From Trichinella spiralis (Eukaryota): a stretch of DNA of 64,000 nt. The stretch lies in assembly GCF_000181795.1 (NCBI RefSeq), contig NW_003526948.1, forward strand, positions 1,658,206 through 1,722,205. The letters run 5' to 3'. Position numbers and translations under genes: made by a program. This document shows, piece after piece, positions 54,801 to 64,000 of this stretch (positions are counted from its first letter, which is position 1; every line of letters starts with the position of its first letter). The notes under the pieces were generated by a model that saw only the letters and a list, made by a program, of their open reading frames with translations, had not been told where the DNA came from and did no database searches.

Positions 54801-56918
54801 ATGACTGATTTTTCTTGTGCAAAAGTGCAAACAGGCGAAACTTTCAAAATGGTTACTTGCTGTCAGTTGGGTTGTATTAAATAAAGCCAACAACAGACGA
54901 ACTTGACGATCAAAATTATGACAAGTTCCATTTTCAATTATAAAGAAAACAGGCGAACATAAAACACTGTCATGGTAAATGACGCAATTTAACCTCTCCA
55001 AAATCAATTTCTATGTATTTATTTATTTATTATTTTCATGAACATTCTACGAAAAAGAATTAATCGAATTGAAAACCTTCTATTAAAAATAGCACGCAGT
55101 TAGGAGAATTGCAATAAAATAAATTGAAAATTTTCCAAAATATTCAAAAAGCATTCACAAAATCACAAATGCTTTTTGTTATTTTATACATTGAACTAGA
55201 GCAGTATGCAAAATAATCATAAATTTTTCAAATTAAGTAATAATAGTTTCATTTAAAAAGAGTCAGCAAATCAATCAATCAATCTATCTATCTATCTATC
55301 TATCTATTTGTATTCATCCATTTAAAACAGATGAATATATTAATTCATTAACATTAATTTGTTGTACTGCTGGGTTATTAGAAATTCATTGATACTTTGA
55401 TTCCTAAAAATTCCTCATATTTACACAATAATGAAATAAATAATCTAGGCAAATACAAAGTTACAAAGCAATGGCTATTTAAAAATCGCAAAACAGAAGA
55501 AATATATACATCTTGAATAGTTTTATTCTACTTTCCATGCAACTGTTGTTATAATAGCGCAATTTATAGTAATAACAACGAACAATTCAGTAGAATATGT
55601 TATTATCCCCAAACTAACGGTGCGCATTTTATAATACAAAAAAGTAAATGTATATTCAAAAGATGTAAATTAATGTTTAGAGATCACTGCTATTTTACAC
55701 ATCACAAACTGCATGCGAATTCTTTTCGAATATATATATATATATATATATATATTAGTTTTAAAAATGAAATGAAATAAAAAATAATGCATTGAATAGT
55801 TTTAATTAACTTCATCCCAAAGGAGAGCCGTCGAAATGTTCGAACGTATAAACATGTGGTCGCCTTATTCATAATTTGGCATATTGAAAAGAATTAATGA
55901 AAAGGAGCAAAAGAATAATTCATCTTGCACTTTTCAGCGCTGTTGGCTTATAAAGCAGCCGTGCGTGCGTTTCTGCTATCAATCAATCTGAGTTAATCAG
56001 CCCCAAGCTTGTTCAAAGCCAGCTTAATCTAATCGAAAAGTCTTGATAACAACATCGCGAAATTCTAAACCAGATGTCAAATTTGCATTTGTCGATTGTG
56101 ACGAACAAGCGCGCCATTATTATTATTATCACTGAACGAAATATTACTGAACGTACATTAAGAAACAAAAAAAAAGCCAGAAATAAATTTGCATGGTCTC
56201 GTTTAGAGGTAATATAGAAATTTAAGCAAATGTATACCGTTCTTGCTTTTCCAAATAAGCTTCAAGTTTCTAAATGAGCCTCTCATGTTTCATAAATATG
56301 AATACGAACAGGAAAACAAACAATCAGCATGTCAACAAATGAATATCCGGGAAATATGATAATCTTGTGAATTAGTAAAATGTAAAAATCTATAATAAAT
56401 AAATAAATAAATAAATGATATATAGAATGTTTAAGAATGAATCAAGTGATCAAATAAAAAGAAAATTGAAAACCTGTTCACTTCCATTATACAGTTTGGA
56501 AGAGTTTTATATTAAGCTTAATTTTAAAAATCGTTGAAATAATCTCCCACTATTTTTTGTTCTTTCTTCAAAATCTTTTCGCCTCATCCGACCATCCTCA
56601 TAAGCTGACAAGCTCAATGTTATATTTCGAAAATAAGAAGAAACACAAACGGAACATTTCATTTCTTCCAATGTCTGCTTAATTTTGCATATGCAACAAT
56701 ACAAGTAAGCATCCGTCCAACTAAATCAATAATAGTTAATTACAATTTTTGTTCTATAAAGCATGCTTCTTCTCAAATATTTTGTCCCTTTAATGAAATG
56801 GCCTTGAGAAAAAGCGTCCACAAACTACGTCATTTTAAATGAACTATATTAAAAAATCGTGGACGAAAAATATACAAACATGTCACTACTGTGCCTCTCG
56901 ACACTCGATGCCCTCCCC

Positions 56919-56962
<44 letters not shown>

Positions 56963-58453
56963 CTCTCTCTCTCTGATTACAGAACCTCTGTGTGAATTAA
57001 TTCAATTAGAAATAAAAAAAGAAGAACAATTTTTGTCTATAAAAAAACAAATTAATAAATCAGTATTATTACACTTTGCAAAAATATTACACAAGATCGA
57101 AATTGCTTACACGTTTCAAATTGTCTGGCCAGTTTTTATCAATATCAATGCAATATTGAAGAATATTTTAAAACAAAAATGTAGTAGCCAGTGTTCAAGT
57201 TGAAATGCAAATGCGTAAAATGGAATGTCAAGAATATTTTTTTTTCTAATAGTAGAATTTCCAAAATGGTCAATTTGAACGAACTTGAAAAATACCTAGA
57301 TGTAGTTGGTCTGTTTACGGACAAATCACATCCCAAGTATTGTTCTTCCTATTATCTGAATCATCACTGCTTACCCGAGATTGGGATGATGGAGGAGGTC
57401 GATCCATGCTTTTCAGACGATTCGACGGTGCAATACCAGTCTTGCCAGTTGAAGGGTCAAAACAGAGCCACCAACCTTGAGCAAGGCCCTTAGCTGGATT
57501 CCGTTCCAACACTTTCAACACGTCTCCACGCCGAAACGTCAGCTCATCTGGCCATTCTGCATTATTGTCGTACAATGCTTCGGCAAAACTATTCTAAAAT
57601 ACCAACTGACCAATATTATTTCTTTATTCGATATAAATGAATAATAAACTTATCAAAAAGGGCAATAAGAAACACTTCAACTTTCACAAATTTCACTACT
57701 ACTACTACTACTACTACTACTAGTGACCAACGGTCAGTATATACAGTCAGCGTAGCTCAGCATGGTCAACGTCCTGCTACGACTAGTTGACCCTGACCAG
57801 TATATTTCAACATGCAGACAATGACTAAACATCGCACTAGCTGGACAAGGCCGAGCGTTTTCAAAAAAACAGGTTAATGCATTTAACCTCAAACTGTAGT
57901 TCGAACGGCTTTATTCGAGCATAAAAAATAAAGCTTTAAATAAAATAAATGATTTGGGAAAAAAAAGAGAAAGAAACAAAATCAACAATCCAGTGATGAA
58001 TAAGAACTGAAAACAATAAGCACGTGAAATGCTCAAAAGAACACCGCCTACATGAAATAAAGGTCAACAACAAGCGCCTTATCAGAACAGGTTCGCCTGA
58101 CAAGGTAAAGATAGAAATGCTTGAAAAGTGATAACGCTCAGCGCACGAATCCATCAAAAGCCGCGCCCAGATTATCAATACCAATCAAGGCAGTTATTGG
58201 CTTACAATCGATCAACTGAATTTAATTGAAATTCCCAATGAAATTGAAAAAAAAAATTAAATAAACCAATCAATTACACAAACTGATCGAACAACTGATA
58301 GCTTCATTTAAAAAAAAATATTCTTTCTTTTCAAAGTTCCACTAATAAATTAAATACAACAGAATTGGTAAAATTGAAATCAAATTTGCTCAATAAAAAA
58401 AGAAACATGCTGGAAATCGTTACCTCGTCTTCTTCTTCACGGTCCGCTGCCAT
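51844..58453 (-). CDS. Cas-family adaptor (p130Cas/BCAR1/NEDD9-like); exons ~58453-58424, 57593-57375, 54191-54064, 53435-51844
   Basis: MAADREEEDE|NSFAEALYDNNAEWPDELTFRRGDVLKVLE...GWWLC...GIAPSNRL (Cas-type SH3); LITPRRIGDVFYD-like segment; YDVP/YDSP motifs; C-terminal FAT-like domain DRRLLRFY...AVENNQPPRSFIGLGKLVILAAHKLVYIGD...TKLAAQNYPAIPSIQAM. Confidence 0.93.
56923..56974. repeat. Compound (CA)n(CT)n microsatellite in a Cas intron
   Basis: Direct runs. Confidence 0.95.
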
Positions 58454-59298
58454 TGTTGTTTTAACAAAGCAATTCTTTGAAGAAAATAATAAAACAAACT
58501 GCGAAATTATTCTCTATTACAAGCAGTGACAATTGTTGCGCATTGAAAATACATTCAACAGTTTCCAAGTTTCAAATCTCAACCATATAAGGTGAAACAG
58601 AAAGATGAACTTCTAGCAGAACGTCAGTTTCTGATTAATTAATTATAAATGAATGGCAACGCAAAGCTACAGTTTCAGACGAGTTTTTGACAATTCATTT
58701 CATTCACATTCACTGGCAACATTATTCAATGGCAACAGCAAATAAATAGGCTCAGACCACCACCGGTCGACACAAACGCTTCGTGCAATTCACCTTCTAT
58801 TATACAGTAAGAAATGACGTGCAGGTCATTGCAAAACTCAAAAAGACTGAGGTGAGTTTAGCACGCATAAAAAGTGATGATTCAAATTTGTGTAAACAAG
58901 ACTGAATAAATAAATAACTAAAATACAAAGCTAAATCAAAATCTCATCTTATTTAAGAAAAAATTGTTATCAGTGACTCTGCTATTCGTCTTAACTGTCA
59001 TTGTGCCCTGATTGATTGACACACGACATTGACGTGGTGTATTTCACATTGTTGTAATTTCTTTTTGTTTTCAAATTACTTCCCTACAAATTATTTGATG
59101 AAAATGCAAAAGTTGTGAGCATTTGCTGATGTGAAAATATTTAGGTGAAAATGGCAGTGCGTGGATGACAGCAAGCATCACCTTTATGTGGGTCAGTTGA
59201 GAAATATACAGAGCTAGAATGTCGAGAACACCAGAAAAATATATAAAATTACGCGCATATCGTGACGAAAATAGAATTAATGAAAGAAAAGAGAGTAT

Positions 59299-59332
<34 letters not shown>

Positions 59333-59340
59333 AGAGGGGA
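59299..59340. repeat. (GA)n plus poly-G tract upstream of the Cas-like gene
   Basis: Direct polypurine run. Confidence 0.85.
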
Positions 59341-61000
59341 AGAGTAAGCAAAGGGTGTATTACTGCAGCATTGTATGTTTGCATCTGGTATTTGCTGTTT
59401 AGTGAAAGTGCCTGCATAAAAGTATTGTTAATTTGACTGGCTGGTTGGTTGGTCATGAAAAGTAAACAAGGACGAAACGTTGGCAACAAAGGATGAGAAA
59501 AAGTGGAATGAGATGCTCCAGCAACTTTGCATGCTATTGTTGAACAAAGCAGTTCTCTTTACTAGACAACAGAATTCAGAAATGGCCGTTAATGCTTTAT
59601 GTAAAAAAATAGAAAAAAACTTTTATTGTTTTTATTATAAAAGTGTGTTGCAAATAGTTAGCAGATGCCGCGTCGACAAAAACACAAAATAACCCGGTCA
59701 GAACATTTGAAAAGCATGTTCACAGCTTTGTTCGTTACTTTTTGTGAAACGAATTTCATGATAACATTGTGAAATAAAATTGGAAATTCCTTGTATTCAA
59801 AAATTAAATTGTTATTAGTATGATAAAAAAATTTACAAATAAAACTTGCATTTTAATTTAAATATAATCAGCTGAAACAGTATTTTTTCTTTTATTATTG
59901 TTGCAAGTGCAAACGTGTCTGGATTGATGATTCGAGATTTTCATTTTAAAAATGCATAAATAAATGATTAACAACAATAAAAGATATCATGATTTTATTG
60001 ATTTCATGCTTTTTTTGTTAAATAACGCCTGATGAAAAAGTGATGACAAGCAGAACTAATTTTTTACTGAATACACGCTATTCATTTACATCTTTTGTTG
60101 TCATCATTTGTATACTTAAAAAATAGATTCATTCTATGCAAATGAATGAAATATTTTATTAACTGATTTCATTTTTAAGAAAAAAAATAAATAGTCTTTA
60201 ATTATACTTCATCTGTAGCTTATTCCAATTGAATCAACGCAAATAATGATAAAAGCTTGATTGCAATTTTCTTGAAAATTTCTCCATTCATTAAAAGTAT
60301 TTCTCTATAGAATTTTGCAACATGATCTCATGATAGTATGATAATTGTGCTTTTCATGAGTAATTTTACCTTTTTCAACATCCTGTGCTGGAGAAATAAT
60401 TTCGTATTTTAGTTCGAACATACACTTTCTAAAGCTTTTCACAACTTTAGAAATATATTTTCAAATAGAATATAGACATTTGGATTTTTTTTCAAATAGC
60501 GTGTTTCATTTTCAATTGCTAATATGCATGTATATATAAATAATATATGCAAACAAAAAAAATACAAGTTTTGCGTTTTTCTTAATTTTTATGCAAATAA
60601 AATGAGTATAAAGTGCTATGAATCATCGTTTACTTGGTTGAGGGGGTTTGAGATTAAAAAAAGTAAATATAAACCTGAAAATCAACATTCCATTTCATTC
60701 TGTACTGTTTCGTAAAATTTTGCATTCCTCAGTTTATCGTTGGTCATCTTATGCATTATTGGTCGTTTATTATTGTAGACGCTGCTTGAATATTTCAAGT
60801 TATTTTCTACATGATCAAAATCTTAACCCATAAATGGAATAATATTTTGCATAAAACACTGCCTTCACCATCACTGCCTGAGGCGTGTAACACTAATATT
60901 ATTACTATACATATGCGAACTGAGATCACTTAGAACACAAAAATAAAATTCTCATCATCGGTGACAGTGAAAACTTTGCTTTGAAAAGAAATTTTCAACT

Positions 61001-61252
61001 ATGGCTATACACATTCAGTTAGATCAATACAGTTGGATTGGGTTTATGATCAGCCTGACGATTATCAACATTGTGGCGTCTATTTTTGGCATTTTCATTT
61101 TCTTCAGAAGCAAAGAATCGTTCAAAAATAGCATTTCTTACGACTCAGCTCCGACAGTTCTTTTCAACGATCTCCCAATAGCTTCCACTGGCATACTCAA
61201 TTCGTATATTCAAAGCTGTGATGAAATTTCTTTCCAGGAACAACATCTCTGA
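61001..61252 (+). CDS. Putative 83-aa intronless single-pass membrane protein
   Basis: True ATG start, hydrophobic stretch WIGFMISLTIINIVASIFGIFIFF followed by RSK, and higher GC than the flanks. No recognised homology. Confidence 0.35.
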   Translation: MAIHIQLDQYSWIGFMISLTIINIVASIFGIFIFFRSKESFKNSISYDSAPTVLFNDLPIASTGILNSYIQSCDEISFQEQHL

Positions 61253-61630
61253 CGACGATCAAGTGGAAACTTTCTTCTCACATCAGATACTCAAAGTTAT
61301 GTTCAATTATTAATCTTAAATCAAGATAACAATAAAGCCATTTATATTATTTGTATTGTTTTCATTTTTGAATTTCGTGAACATTTCCGGTTGGAATTAA
61401 TATTTATTTGTTTACAATCACCAAAATCAACCAACTGACTAATTAACATTCACACATGCATATTCTCTAAACCCGCGTCGAAATATTTAAAGAACAAGCT
61501 GAGTAAAGAATTAAATAATAATAAAATATTAAAACTAAAAATGGAAATTATAATTACTTGCAGTACATGCAAAATCGATACAAACGATGGACAGTTATTG
61601 AACAAAATTTCTCATTCCATTTCTTCTTCC

Positions 61631-61852
61631 TTATTCGTAAATTTGATAAGAAATGCCACGATTTCGTTTCCACAGATAAAAACCAATGATCAAGCCCAAA
61701 AAACTTCCCAGCAGAAGCATACTAATACCCAATGCAGACATGGATCCACCACTGTAGCCGCGATGAATTTGTACTTGCGTTATATTTTCAAACAGTACCG
61801 TTTGAGAAGTTTTAAACGATTTCTTATGAATCAGAAGTGCCTAGTAAGAAAA

Positions 61853-61893
<41 letters not shown>

Positions 61894-64000
61894 AATTAAT
61901 AAAAGAAAATCTTACCATGCTATCACCCTGAAAATTATGCACTACAACGACAATGTTGTCTCCTTCGAGAGTTTTATTCAAAGTGTCAACAGCTACAATG
62001 AGATTTTTCTCTTCTTTGTAAGTTTCTGTACGTGTTCCGTTAATATCTGCCACATTCGCCAGTTGAAAAAATACAAATGTATTATTTCCATTTGGTTGAA
62101 ACTAAAATTCAAATAAATTCAATCATTTTCATCATAGTAAAAAATCTGCTTCGTTTTCACGTACTGAAAATGTTGAAAAACGCAACGGACTAATATCAGC
62201 AATTGCTGATAAACGTTCCACTAATCCCTTTTCAATTTCTTTGACACCAAAATCATTTAACTTGCTTATTGTTCCTAAAATAAGCAATAAAAATTATCTT
62301 CATTTTCCGCAATCGTTTTAAAATAAATAATTAAATTATCAATTTACTGTTCACTGTAAATGATAGATAAGAATTATTTTCTTCAAAACGAAGACACGGT
62401 TGAATCTGTGCATTTTTCCACAACGTCTGTCTCACATCGACGGCAGCAAAATTGAAAAATGTATACGATGCTAAATGCACTTTGCCATTCTGAAAGAAAA
62501 GTATATTAAACAACATCAACAACAACAAATTCAACGCAAACGCAAATTTAAAATTTACTTACAAATAAAACAAATCAAAAATAACTTACACAAGTACGAT
62601 AAGTGCGAATAATCCTAGGTCGTATTTCATCGTTATGCAATTCTGAATTCTGAAAAACAAGACAATTATAAATCAATTATGATAAATAATATTTTAATCA
62701 AAAAAAAAATAATTCCATACCGTCTGCATCCAAAGTTCATAAACGGTCGAAGAATTCACTGTCTGATTTTCACCTCTCGATATCCATACATCAAAATAAT
62801 TTTCATCATACATCCGCTATAATAATAATAAAGCGAATAATAAAAACAGAAACAACAAACAATTTTATTGTGTTGAAAACTTTGTTTTTACCTTGCCAAC
62901 ATAGCCATATGTAAACTGATCAAACATCGTCAATATATCGGTAGCACTTTTCAGAGCAATCAACGTATAAGCAGTGGTTTGATTTAAAATTCGCGCATCA
63001 CCAGACATAGGAGGCAATGCACTCACAGCAATACAGTGCATGCTATTCGCATCGACCACATATTGAATGCCTAAAAATTTACCGCAAAATAATTCATTTA
63101 AGATAAAAATTTTTAATATAAAAACAAATAAATACTTAATGATATTGCATGTTTTAATAAAGTTCAATATTATATAAAATACCTGAATTGAAATCATGAA
63201 TAACGAACGAATTCAAATTGGTTACGTTTACAACTCGGTTGAATGTCAAATTTGAGTCTGGATTGTTAGTAAAAGCGATAACCTTTTGTTCGTCGGAATA
63301 GATAAGCTAAAATTAAAAAAATAATCAAAATTCAAATTACAAATACAACAATAAATGGCAAAGAATAATGTTGCTTTCACAAATACAAAACACCCACACG
63401 AATCAGAGAAGATGTTTTCTGGCTGTGATCGACAAATTCGATCCAAGTAGCAAAATTTTTCATTGTCAGCTGAGGGAATTCATCTGTTTTTAAACCAACG
63501 CAAAACACACCTTCCGGTGGCTAAACAGTACAATACAGTTAAAAGTTTTACAAAGTTGAAGCTGAACAAAAAAAAGTTTAAAGAGATTATATGCATATAC
63601 CAAAAAATATTTTTCTTTGTCGTTCTCCGTCAAGTTTGCGTTGAAACCAAAAAATGAATACGATACGTTTCCAATAACTTTGCCTACATCTTCACCTGCC
63701 TTTTCTAAAATTTTACAGACTTTTACTTTTCTTCAAATTTATTATAAAAAATAACACTAAAACAATAAAATTAAAATAAATTTCATAAAAATCTAAATCA
63801 GTAAGCAATTTATAAAATCAGCTTGAAATTTCACTCACCGTACATAAGAATGTTCATATGCAAAGGTACGTTAAATGAACCCCCTTTTGGTAACAAATAA
63901 GCTGGATCAAAAAGATCAATAGTTACTGCAGCTGTATGATTCTGCAGTGTGATATTTTTCGAATAAGTTGTCACACCGGGTACGTTTTGAACTGTCTGAT
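61631..64000 (-). CDS. Uncharacterised type I membrane glycoprotein, 3' part, multi-exon; 5' end lies outside the window
   Basis: Exons translate to GIQYVVDANSMHCIAVSALPP.., RMYDENYFDVWISRGENQTVNSSTVYELW, LVERLSAIADISPLRF and terminal GYSGGSMSALGISMLLLGSFLGLIIGFYLWKRNRGISYQIYE*. This gives a C-terminal TM helix, a short tail and several N-x-S/T sequons. Confidence 0.8.
61857..61891. repeat. (TA)n microsatellite filling most of a short intron
   Basis: Direct run between the last two exons of the membrane protein gene. Confidence 0.9.

Noticed and set aside
61541..62116. 191-aa plus-strand ORF
   Set aside because: It is an antisense shadow of the minus-strand membrane-protein exons and runs through a (TA)n microsatellite.
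1..64000. CRISPR arrays, tRNA or rRNA genes, prokaryotic operons
   Set aside because: None seen. The window is intron-rich eukaryotic DNA, and its repeats are microsatellites or exon-intron duplications.

Overview
AT-rich eukaryotic DNA with many short GT-AG introns, microsatellites and five 10-N scaffold gaps. Composition and gene style suggest a nematode, most likely a clade I Trichinella-type draft assembly (inference, not verified). Spliced genes reconstructed by eye, in order: 3' part of nucleolar GTPase GNL2 (+), IFT88/osm-5 with an upstream X-box (+), a divergent SLC22-like transporter (+), a calponin/myophilin-type protein (-), AP180/PICALM unc-11 (+), CNOT2 (+), SZRD1 (-), a Maelstrom-like HMG+MAEL gene (+), a p130Cas-family adaptor (-), a small single-TM ORF (+) and the 3' part of an uncharacterised type I membrane protein (-). 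The most notable locus is the Maelstrom-like gene. It appears to keep the ECHC zinc-binding residues, has a tail built from tandem exon-intron units, and has an intronic TTAA site present both empty and joined to the right end of a degenerate piggyBac element. Several duplicated segments next to gaps look like untrimmed low-quality reads. All exon boundaries are hand-derived and all family calls rest on remembered motifs, not database searches.
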